From Caldisericia bacterium (lineage in GTDB: Bacteria > Caldisericota > Caldisericia > JAAYUI01), in NCBI GenBank assembly GCA_017999835.1, contig JAGNLA010000002.1, forward strand, positions 99,635 to 163,634: a stretch of DNA of 64,000 nt, in the 5' to 3' direction. The notes under the pieces were generated by a model that searched no databases, was not told the origin of the DNA, and was given only the letters and a program-made list of their open reading frames with translations. Both the position numbers and the translations under genes were made by a program. Shown in pieces: positions 56,431-64,000 of this stretch (position 1 is its first letter; each line of letters opens with the position of its first letter).

Positions 56431-57191
56431 GACACGATTTTTTTGATTCGCACTGCCACCACGAGAGCGTTCTTGGGACTTTAGATCCCAGAGTGAAGCT
56501 TGTTGCCACACTTGCTTTCGTGGTGGCAATCACCATCATCCCACCCAATGCCTACTTTGCCTATCTTGTTTTTTTTGTTGCCGCAATAATTATGTCCATT
56601 GTTAGCAAAGTAAGACCAAACCACTATCTTCAATCGCTTCTGGTTATTACCCCACTGATTGCCACTTTGGCGCTTGCCGTACCCTTCATGAATCCGCGGC
56701 CTGGGGATGGCTTGTCTCTTGGCAATGACCTGAGCATAAACTCTTACAAACTGATAATGTTGTTCAGTCTGGTATCAAAGACTGTATTATCCTATCTTTT
56801 TTCACTTATTCTATTGTTTTCCACAAGCTTTGGCAGCCTGATGGAAGCGTTTGAAAAACTCGGAGTACCAAAACTTTTTGTCATGATAGCCAATTTTGCC
56901 TACCGCTATCAGTTCATCATTGTTGATGAAACCGAAAGACTTGTACGATCCAGAAACTCAAGGCTGTGGCAGCCACGTTTCATAACCCAGGCCAAAACCA
57001 TTGGCTACATGGTTGGCACACTTTTTTTGCGATCCTATGAACGCTCGGAGAGGGTTTACATGGCCATGTCCTCGCGTGGATTTACAGGCAAATTCGTTTC
57101 TCACACTGAGATGAAACTCAAGCCTGCCGATTGGGTTTATTCCTTGCTTTGTGCGGGGACAATCGCAGCAGTCTGGATTTGGTTGATATGA
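56427..57191 (+). CDS. cbiQ: ECF transporter transmembrane (T) component CbiQ.
   Basis: TTG start overlapping the cbiN stop. 'LDPRVKLV' N-terminal motif. Multi-TM. Confidence 0.7.
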   Translation: MRHDFFDSHCHHESVLGTLDPRVKLVATLAFVVAITIIPPNAYFAYLVFFVAAIIMSIVSKVRPNHYLQSLLVITPLIATLALAVPFMNPRPGDGLSLGNDLSINSYKLIMLFSLVSKTVLSYLFSLILLFSTSFGSLMEAFEKLGVPKLFVMIANFAYRYQFIIVDETERLVRSRNSRLWQPRFITQAKTIGYMVGTLFLRSYERSERVYMAMSSRGFTGKFVSHTEMKLKPADWVYSLLCAGTIAAVWIWLI

Positions 57192-57889
57192 AAATATTGG
57201 AGATTGAAAACCTCAGCTATTCCTACCCAGATGGCACAAAAGCCATTGATAACATCAGCTTTTCGATGGATGAAGGACAAAAGATGGCAGTGCTTGGCGC
57301 AAATGGTGCTGGCAAATCCACACTTATGCTCCACCTCAACGGCATCCTGGAAGGAAAAGGCAGAATTTCTGTCTGCGGACTCGAGCTTGGCAAGAAAAAT
57401 ACCAGGCAAATAAGGCAAAAGGTCGGTCTGGTGTTTCAAAACCCTGACGATCAGTTATTCTGCCCAACCGTTTTCGACGACGTTGCCTTTGGCCCTCAGA
57501 ACATGGGATTACCCAAGGAAGAGATCCAAAAGAGAGTGACGGCAGCGCTTGCCAGAGTCGGTCTTACCGGTTTTGAAAAGCGCAGTCCTTTCCATCTCTC
57601 CACAGGCGAAAAGAAACGTGTTTCGCTTGCAACAGTGCTTTCCATGGATTCAGAACTGATAGTGCTTGACGAACCAACATCAAACCTCGACCCAAAGGGA
57701 AGACGTGAAATAATCGAACTTCTGGCAACACTGGGCAAATCCATGATTATCGTCACCCATGACTTTGACATGGCAAGCAGACTATGTCCAAGAAGCATCG
57801 TGCTTTCAAAGGGCCGCTTGGTTGCTGACGGGGAAACAGCAAAAATAATATCAGACGAAACCTTGCTCAAAAATAACGGATTGTACTAA
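57188..57889 (+). CDS. cbiO: ECF transporter ATPase CbiO.
   Basis: Walker A 'GANGAGKST', signature 'LSTGEKKR', Walker B 'LIVLDEPTS'. Start at the ATG overlapping the cbiQ stop. Confidence 0.85.
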   Translation: MKILEIENLSYSYPDGTKAIDNISFSMDEGQKMAVLGANGAGKSTLMLHLNGILEGKGRISVCGLELGKKNTRQIRQKVGLVFQNPDDQLFCPTVFDDVAFGPQNMGLPKEEIQKRVTAALARVGLTGFEKRSPFHLSTGEKKRVSLATVLSMDSELIVLDEPTSNLDPKGRREIIELLATLGKSMIIVTHDFDMASRLCPRSIVLSKGRLVADGETAKIISDETLLKNNGLY

Positions 57890-57949
57890 CAAAAACATTT
57901 CTGGTTAAAACGGTTCCAAATGGGTGTAGGGCATAAAGGAGGTTCTTGC

Positions 57950-58468
57950 ATGAAAAGGTTTGCATTGGTGTTTTTGTGTCTGGTACTTGTCTGCTTGGGG
58001 TTTGTTTCCTGTGGGAAAAAAGTCGAGATGAAGGAAAGCAAAACCTATCATTTCGAAGGTTACGACCTTAGCTTTTCTGTGCCAAAGGGGTGGAAAGTTG
58101 AGCAGGCAACTGAGGATTTTGAAAAAGGACCAGTAAATTTCCTTTACATCAGAGGCATCACTTACAAGGATGATGTTTCGTACGAAGACATTGCGTTCTA
58201 CATTTCTAGACCGAAAGACTCCATCAACAATCGCATTGAAGATTTGGACGAAAGCAAATGCAATAAATATGGTAATTACTACATTTACGTTCCAATCTAC
58301 AACCCAACTGAGCAACCAGCAGGAGGTTTGTATATAGAAAAGAACTTATCCTTTGGGCTGTGGCTCTACAATGTACCCATGATGAAAATTACCCCAGAAC
58401 TTGAAGCCATCTTTAACTCGTTCAGAATAGAAAAGACAGGATCAAACTTACCAGGCAAAGACATTTGA
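57950..58468 (+). CDS. Hypothetical lipoprotein.
   Basis: 'MKRFALVFLCLVLVCLGFVSCG'. RBS AAGGAGG. Confidence 0.5.
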   Translation: MKRFALVFLCLVLVCLGFVSCGKKVEMKESKTYHFEGYDLSFSVPKGWKVEQATEDFEKGPVNFLYIRGITYKDDVSYEDIAFYISRPKDSINNRIEDLDESKCNKYGNYYIYVPIYNPTEQPAGGLYIEKNLSFGLWLYNVPMMKITPELEAIFNSFRIEKTGSNLPGKDI

Positions 58469-58471
58469 CAT

Positions 58472-58873
58472 TCAGTCGTCAAAAACAATCGTTGCCGTCA
58501 GAAAATTCTCGAGACTCTCAATCGAAAGGTTGTGATAGGTGGCAGCCTTCACGCAGTGGCGGATGTCTTCCCTGCTTGTGCTGCCAGCAACCTCTGCCTC
58601 AAGGTGGTAGTTGTCAATTTCAAGTTTGGCTGTGACTGGCAAAAAATATTCTGTATCAAACAAAAATATGAGCCTGTTGCAAAACCTGACCAGAAGGCTC
58701 TCCAGGTCTTGGGCTTCGACTGAAAAACATTGAACCGTGCTTGCTTTTATCGTTTTGTCGCCGATCAGCAAAAATCTGTAGCCGTCTAGCGCCGACTGGA
58801 ACAACTCCGACAAATCCTTGCCCCAAACCTTCACAGCCAGGTCTGCTGTGTGCGGGACAATTTCATACCCCAT
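58472..58873 (-). CDS. Archease.
   Basis: 'MGYEIVPHTADLAVKVWGKDLSELFQSAL...ATIVFD'. 133 aa. Start at the internal ATG that overlaps the upstream stop (ATGA). Confidence 0.75.
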   Translation of the reverse strand: MGYEIVPHTADLAVKVWGKDLSELFQSALDGYRFLLIGDKTIKASTVQCFSVEAQDLESLLVRFCNRLIFLFDTEYFLPVTAKLEIDNYHLEAEVAGSTSREDIRHCVKAATYHNLSIESLENFLTATIVFDD

Positions 58874-59442
58874 CAGTCTAGATGGACAACAAAAGCGCAG
58901 GGCGCGCTGCCGGAGCAGGCAGAGCCGATTATTTCGCCAGAAAGCGGTTTTCTTTTGAGGGCGACCTCCATGAGTCTGAGCACGTGACCTTTGCAGCAAT
59001 GGCAGTAGGTTTGCGAGACCATGCGACCGGAAAACTTCGGGCTGCACACGCACCCTCCGTTTCCAAAGTTCACTTTTACCCTGTTGCCCTCAAGTTCAGC
59101 TCTGTAGCCAAATATCTTGCTTTTATCGATTTCTTTTATGGTTTCAGCCAGAGAGAGGTTCATCTTGGCAATGTTTTTCATGGTTTCAAGCCTCTTGCCT
59201 CCGGTGCAGCAGGCGCAGCCTTCGCGAACCTTGAACCTTATTTCTTCAGGCAGGAGCGCGTCCATCCTGTCCATCGCCTCGGCAAGCCAGAGTGCCTTGA
59301 CCTTTGGGTTCAAAGTGTTGAGAACTTTGTCCCCACCTTCCATTATCTTCTCCCTTATTTCAGGAGCTACTCCCACTTTTGCCAGGTTTTCATCCAAAAC
59401 CCTGACCCTACCAAAAATTGTCTTTTCCAGCTTCTTCTCCAT
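58873..59442 (-). CDS. Cysteine-rich hypothetical protein, translationally coupled to the archease.
   Basis: 189 aa. Clusters 'CACCTGG', 'GGCVCSP', 'CHCCKGH', 'CSGSAPC'. Confidence 0.5.
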   Translation of the reverse strand: MEKKLEKTIFGRVRVLDENLAKVGVAPEIREKIMEGGDKVLNTLNPKVKALWLAEAMDRMDALLPEEIRFKVREGCACCTGGKRLETMKNIAKMNLSLAETIKEIDKSKIFGYRAELEGNRVKVNFGNGGCVCSPKFSGRMVSQTYCHCCKGHVLRLMEVALKRKPLSGEIIGSACSGSAPCAFVVHLD

Positions 59443-59518
59443 AGGTCAATGATAGCTTTGTAAGAAAAAAAATCAAAGACGTTTGAAAACGTAGTCGACA
59501 ACAGATATCATATCTTGA

Positions 59519-60010
59519 ATGGAACGCTTTTCAAAACAATTGATTCCCGCATGGCTGTCGCCGCTGCTTGCCTACTACCTGCTTTTGCCGGCAATTTTGT
59601 GGACTGTCACATGGCTGATAAAGCAAATATTGGCAGAACCGCCGATAAACTTCGGCTGGGTCAACTGGGTGGTCGGACTAGTCATCCTTGCCCCAAACCT
59701 TGCCATCTCGGTTTGGTCGCTTGCCACGCTTTTGGGGCATAGAGCAGACAGGCTTGTCGTGACCGGCCCTTATGCCCACAGCAGAAATCCACTGCCAGCC
59801 TCAATGCTTGGCGTCTATTGGGGTGTAGGAATCCTCATCGGATCGCTGATTTTTATCATTGCAGCATCGTTTGTGTTTGCCGTAATAGCCTTATACATCA
59901 TACTTTTTGGAGAAAAGAAGCTCTGCGACAGGTTTGGCAGGGAGTATCTGCTGTACCGGCAGAGGACACCGTTTATGATACCGAGAGTAACAAATAGGAG
60001 GGACGAATGA
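59519..60010 (+). CDS. Membrane methyltransferase of the ICMT / phospholipid-methyltransferase family.
   Basis: 'LVVTGPYAHSRNPLP...EEKKLCDRFGREYLLYRQRTP' is the ICMT C-terminal signature. 4 TM helices. Confidence 0.7.
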   Translation: MERFSKQLIPAWLSPLLAYYLLLPAILWTVTWLIKQILAEPPINFGWVNWVVGLVILAPNLAISVWSLATLLGHRADRLVVTGPYAHSRNPLPASMLGVYWGVGILIGSLIFIIAASFVFAVIALYIILFGEKKLCDRFGREYLLYRQRTPFMIPRVTNRRDE

Positions 60011-60579
60011 GCGATAACACATATTGGTCACCAGTTATCATAGGTGTTTTTTCTGGTTTACTTGGTGTAATTATTACAAGTGCAGTTAACTTAATCATTG
60101 CTACCTTAAACAGAAAAAACCAGAACAAATTAACAATTCGAGAATTAGAATTGAAAGAGAAGATTGAATATCACAAAATTGCAATCGAACATCTGATGAA
60201 TAAAGTAAGATATCTGAATGAATGGACTATTGAGTATATAAAAATTAATGAAATTGAGAATATATTTGAGTTGTACAACAATAGTGAGGATAAAGATATA
60301 CCTAAAGATACAATTATTCAAGTACAGGTATTATTGACTAATATTAGAGATAATTTAGAAAAAATATCGACATATTTATCAGGAGATAAATTAATATCGT
60401 TATTTGATATGACCGAAAAAACGATGGTTGAATTAGAAAAAAATATAAGTAGTAACAATTCGAACGATTTTAAGAGAAATGCGATTAATTATCTAAAGGA
60501 TTGTAGAACTTTTATTAATATTGAGGTTTCAACAGCGATAAAAAAAATAGATAAATTGATTGGAAAATACATTGAGTAA
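60007..60579 (+). CDS. AT-rich hypothetical protein with an N-terminal TM helix and a long coiled-coil.
   Basis: ATGA overlap with the ICMT stop. Lys/Glu/Ile/Asn-rich. Strongly AT-rich relative to the flanks. Confidence 0.45.
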   Translation: MSDNTYWSPVIIGVFSGLLGVIITSAVNLIIATLNRKNQNKLTIRELELKEKIEYHKIAIEHLMNKVRYLNEWTIEYIKINEIENIFELYNNSEDKDIPKDTIIQVQVLLTNIRDNLEKISTYLSGDKLISLFDMTEKTMVELEKNISSNNSNDFKRNAINYLKDCRTFINIEVSTAIKKIDKLIGKYIE

Positions 60580-60617
60580 CTACTTGATAAATAGTCAAAT
60601 TAGATCATTATATTCAT

Positions 60618-61616
60618 ATGAACTTCTTTGAACTGGACATTATGGCATTGCAGGAGTGGATGGTAAACCACGGCATGGAAAAATACCGCGCAAAGCAGGT
60701 GATGTCATGGGTCTGGGACAAAGGCGTTCTTGATCCTCTCCAGATGACCAACCTGCCTGAATCTGACAGAAACCAGCTGCGCGAGATATTTTCTAGCATG
60801 CCGGTTGTTGAAAAGGCAGTACGCTCCAGGGACACTTCAAGAAAAGTGCTCATAGGCTTCCCTGACGGCAAAAAGGTTGAGATGGTGCTGATGAAATCAG
60901 TCGGCCACCTGACCCTTTGCGTTTCAACGCAGGTCGGTTGCGCGTTTTCCTGCAAGTTCTGCCAGTCCGGCAAGGAAGGGCTCGAACGAAACCTGACAGC
61001 AGGAGAGATCATCGCCCAGGTCGCCCTTTGCAACCCACGCCCACGAAATCTTGTTTTTATGGGCATCGGTGAACCATTTGCCAACTGGGACAACTTCCTT
61101 AAAGCTGTAAAAAGACTCAACAAGGAAGCTGGATTCTCCATGAGGCACATGACCGTTTCAACGATAGGTGTGCCTGGCAAGATCATGATGGTGGCAAAGG
61201 AATTGCCACAAATCAAACTTGCCATCTCGCTCCACGCGCCAAGGCAGGCAACCCGCGAACGCATAATGCCAAAAGCGGCAAAAACAATGAAACTCAAGGA
61301 CTTGATGGCTGACGTGAAAGACTACGTGGCAGCCACAAAAAACCGCATAACATTTGAATATATAATGATCTCCAAAGTCAACGACTCGGTTGACGACGCA
61401 ATAGCGCTCTCCGACATGCTTGCTGGACTTCCATGCCTGATAAACCTTATTCCATACAACGAAACCGAAGGTTCGGAATTCCATCCTTCCTCTCCCCAGG
61501 CTATTCGAAAATTCCTCGAGCTCATTCGCAGCGAGGGGTATGACGCAACAGTTCGAAAATCTCTGGGCTTAAGTGAGAATGCCGCCTGTGGCCAGCTCAA
61601 AGCGTCGCAAGATTAG
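60618..61616 (+). CDS. rlmN: 23S rRNA / tRNA adenine-C2 methyltransferase (radical SAM, RlmN/Cfr family).
   Basis: 'CVSTQVGCAFSCKFCQSG' cluster motif, 'MGIGEPFAN', 'EPTS'-type architecture. 332 aa. Confidence 0.85.
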   Translation: MNFFELDIMALQEWMVNHGMEKYRAKQVMSWVWDKGVLDPLQMTNLPESDRNQLREIFSSMPVVEKAVRSRDTSRKVLIGFPDGKKVEMVLMKSVGHLTLCVSTQVGCAFSCKFCQSGKEGLERNLTAGEIIAQVALCNPRPRNLVFMGIGEPFANWDNFLKAVKRLNKEAGFSMRHMTVSTIGVPGKIMMVAKELPQIKLAISLHAPRQATRERIMPKAAKTMKLKDLMADVKDYVAATKNRITFEYIMISKVNDSVDDAIALSDMLAGLPCLINLIPYNETEGSEFHPSSPQAIRKFLELIRSEGYDATVRKSLGLSENAACGQLKASQD

Positions 61617-62637
61617 ACCGTTCCTGGCCTGGCTAGGATTTTTAGCAATCTTTGCCGGTCTGTGTGCTGTCATTTTTTTCACCTACGCAAACTCGGTCAT
61701 CACAAGACCTTTTGGTGAACCTCCTTTCCCAAAGCAGATAAAAGTTGAAAAGGGTGAAACTCCACAGATGATTGCTGACAAGCTCGATGAAAACGGCGTC
61801 ATCAACTCAAAATGGTTCTTCCTCTACGAAGTGCGCAAGCAAAACGCAGGACCGACCCTTCAGGCTGGTATATTCATCTTTGACAAACCTTACGACATCA
61901 GGCAGGTAATCGTCAAGCTCCAGACCGAAGGCAAGCTGCCGGCAAAGGTCATCACCATCCCCGAAGGCTCCACCATCGCCCAAATTGACACCAAAATAAC
62001 CGAGAAGCTTGGCAAAAAAACAGCTTTCAGGGAAATTGCCTTATCGGGCAAGAAAAAATATCCGTTCAAATTCTCAGACACGATAACAACCGATTCGCTT
62101 GAGGGTTATCTCTTTCCGGACACCTACCAGTTCGACAGCCTGGAACCGGGCATCGTCATCAAAACCCAGCTCAAACGGTTCGAGGAAATGTTTGACGCCA
62201 AAATGGTTGCCCGTTGCAAGGAACTTGGAAAGACAGTCCATGAAATTGTGACTCTGGCCTCTATCATAGAAAAAGAGGGGGCAAACGCCGACGAAATGCC
62301 CATCGTCTCATCAGTGTTCTGGAACAGGATGCGCGACGGTTGGATGCTCCAGTCCGACCCGACGCTGATGTACGTCCTGGACAAGCACGACAAGGTGCTG
62401 ACTCTTGAAGAGATGGCCATGGACAACCCTTACAACACCTACAAAAACCTCGGCTTGCCACCAGGACCGATCTGCAACCCTGGCAAAACCGCGCTCATGG
62501 CTGCACTCTACCCCAAGGACACAAAATATTTCTTCTTTGTTGGGGATGGCAAAGGCCACACCGACTTTTCTGAAACCCAGTACGAGCACGAGCAAAAGAT
62601 GGAAAAGTATTGGGGAAACTATAAGATACAGCAGTAG
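61573..62637 (+). CDS. mltG: Endolytic murein transglycosylase MltG (YceG family).
   Basis: N-terminal TM helix. YceG core 'LEGYLFPDTYQF', 'LASIIEKE', 'LQSDPTLMY'. Confidence 0.8.
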   Translation: MRMPPVASSKRRKIRPFLAWLGFLAIFAGLCAVIFFTYANSVITRPFGEPPFPKQIKVEKGETPQMIADKLDENGVINSKWFFLYEVRKQNAGPTLQAGIFIFDKPYDIRQVIVKLQTEGKLPAKVITIPEGSTIAQIDTKITEKLGKKTAFREIALSGKKKYPFKFSDTITTDSLEGYLFPDTYQFDSLEPGIVIKTQLKRFEEMFDAKMVARCKELGKTVHEIVTLASIIEKEGANADEMPIVSSVFWNRMRDGWMLQSDPTLMYVLDKHDKVLTLEEMAMDNPYNTYKNLGLPPGPICNPGKTALMAALYPKDTKYFFFVGDGKGHTDFSETQYEHEQKMEKYWGNYKIQQ

Positions 62638-62639
62638 AA

Positions 62640-63293
62640 TTATATTTCAATCCATTGTGACAACATTGTGTTCAACGCTAAAAGAACAACCAATGTTAGC
62701 AATACAGACATAATTATAAATACTATTCTTATGTTTTTACTCCATTCATATAAAATGTTTTTTCTATAATGTTCCAAGTTAATTCTATTATTGAACGCTA
62801 ACCAGAAATCATCACTGAATTCCTTCGATCGCAATGGTATATTGTATAATCCGAGTTTGTCCTCAATGGCTCTGATATACAAAACCGTTGTTTCATGATA
62901 AAGTCTGTTTTTATGGATAGAGGTTATTAATGGGATATATATCAACCAAGAAAATATACAAACTAATATTAAACCAAAGAAAGCATAAGAATTATCTTTA
63001 AATGCACTTATTAAAGCAACTGCAATGGTCATTATTCCAGATGTAATTGCATATGTCTGTGTTTGAATCAAATGAAATTCTTCATTATTTTTCAAATATA
63101 CATTTATCATAGCATTGTACTGATTTATGATTAAATTCAGCTTTTGTTCGGTTGCTGGATCTGCCATATCCAAATTTGAATACAATAATGGGTCTGAATC
63201 TGTATAGCATTTTTTTAAGTCATGCAGCGAACCTTTGGCTTTTTTTTCTAATATTAACTCTTTAAAACTTCTATCCATACGTTTCCTCCACAA
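62640..63293 (-). CDS. AT-rich hypothetical 3-TM membrane protein. Paralog 1.
   Basis: 217 aa. Low GC. Its stop abuts the mltG stop with a 2-nt gap. Confidence 0.5.
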   Translation of the reverse strand: MWRKRMDRSFKELILEKKAKGSLHDLKKCYTDSDPLLYSNLDMADPATEQKLNLIINQYNAMINVYLKNNEEFHLIQTQTYAITSGIMTIAVALISAFKDNSYAFFGLILVCIFSWLIYIPLITSIHKNRLYHETTVLYIRAIEDKLGLYNIPLRSKEFSDDFWLAFNNRINLEHYRKNILYEWSKNIRIVFIIMSVLLTLVVLLALNTMLSQWIEI

Positions 63294-63398
63294 AAAAATA
63301 CATCCAGAGAGGATTATGGGCTTTATCGGTTAAGCAGGTAATAAATAAATGTATTTGCCAAATTTACATTTGTCAAATAGGTTATTTTTACAGAGATT

Positions 63399-64000
63399 TT
63401 AAAAAAACAAAGGTAGCAGCTCTAACAGAAGTAGTGCAAATATAAAAATCGGAATCATATAAACAACAATAAATACAGCCAATTTCCAATATTCTCCTTC
63501 TTTTTTTGTTGCAAACCGGCCTTCGTTATCTTTAATTAACTTTCTTAGGTTCTCGTGCAATTCAGATGCCCTCAGAGGAATGTTTTGGAGCTCAAAGTTG
63601 TTTTCAATGGATCTTATAACAAAGGATGTGTACTTATGAAATAATCTACTTTTATTTATGCTATTAGCCATTGAGAATGCTGTGATGAAGGAAAAGAGAA
63701 CTAAAAAGGATTGAAAGACGACAGCAGCCCAGAAGTTGACCTGTAAAACTGCGATAGAGAGGAACGCAAAAAAAGTGTAGAGAGCGACATTGAGCGTTAG
63801 TTGTGTTTGGATTTTCCTGTATTCATCGTGATTTTTCAGGTAAACATCAAACAATGCCCTATACTGAACCAGCAACACCTCTCTTTTGAACGGGTCAGTT
63901 ATGATTTCCTTATAATTTACAGGCTTATCCGTGTAAAGGTTGTGAAGATCTTTAAGGTCGCCCTTCCAGCCATCTTTATAGAATTGTTCGAACTGGTTAT
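63399..64000 (-). CDS. AT-rich hypothetical membrane protein. Paralog 2, with its 5' end beyond the window.
   Basis: The frame stays open upstream of the track start to the window edge. The upstream translation '...GDLKDLHNLYTD...VYLKNHDEY' aligns with paralog 1 '...GSLHDLKKCYTD...VYLKNNEEF'. Confidence 0.5.
   Translation of the reverse strand, partial: NQFEQFYKDGWKGDLKDLHNLYTDKPVNYKEIITDPFKREVLLVQYRALFDVYLKNHDEYRKIQTQLTLNVALYTFFAFLSIAVLQVNFWAAVVFQSFLVLFSFITAFSMANSINKSRLFHKYTSFVIRSIENNFELQNIPLRASELHENLRKLIKDNEGRFATKKEGEYWKLAVFIVVYMIPIFIFALLLLELLPLFF

Noticed and set aside
58472-59053. Full 193-aa ORF containing the archease.
   Set aside because: The first 60 codons overlap the Cys-rich gene in another frame. 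The archease signature starts at the internal ATG at 58873.
60614-61297. 227-aa ORF antisense to rlmN. Also numerous other antisense or overlapping ORFs inside large genes (for example 20595..21056, 21057..21398, 22556..23044, 35929..36435, 42978..43529, 43468..43926, 58882..59463).
   Set aside because: They lie entirely within well-supported genes on the other strand or frame, and have no motifs or RBS.
1-64000. Searched for CRISPR arrays, rRNA genes, and integrase or transposase genes.
   Set aside because: No regularly spaced short repeats, no rRNA-like conserved stretches, and no recombinase-like ORFs were seen in any frame.

Overview
This 64 kb window is a chromosomal segment of an unidentified bacterium with roughly 50% GC background. 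Its gene content looks Firmicutes-like: lipoprotein lipoboxes, Shine-Dalgarno sites, GerMN domains, and many secreted proteins carrying copper-amine-oxidase N-terminal (CAO-N) 'stalk' domains. Housekeeping genes I can support from sequence are miaA, metK, argS, rlmN, mltG, a cbiMNQO ECF transporter, an archease, and three tRNAs (Thr-CGU, Gly-UCC, Tyr-GUA). The window also holds a large set of secreted beta-propeller, PKD and GH2 envelope proteins. Embedded in this backbone are several small AT-rich (foreign-looking) islets. The most striking is a lone 615-aa SIR2-like protein (44866..46713) with an unrecognisable C-terminal domain. It abuts a 70-nt att-like direct repeat that duplicates the 3' end of a lipoprotein gene 40 kb away. 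I propose this as a candidate standalone NAD-depleting defence gene. Other notable points: four tandem paralogous double-GNAT acyltransferases next to an argS whose catalytic HIGH motif is replaced by TVAN; a fused tandem ThyX-like protein in an operon with an HD hydrolase, a polytopic membrane protein and a TlpA-like lipoprotein; a repeat-rich 560-bp intergenic region with two copies of an ~80-nt structured element; and AT-rich paralogous small membrane proteins at the right edge. I found no rRNA, CRISPR array, integrase or transposase.
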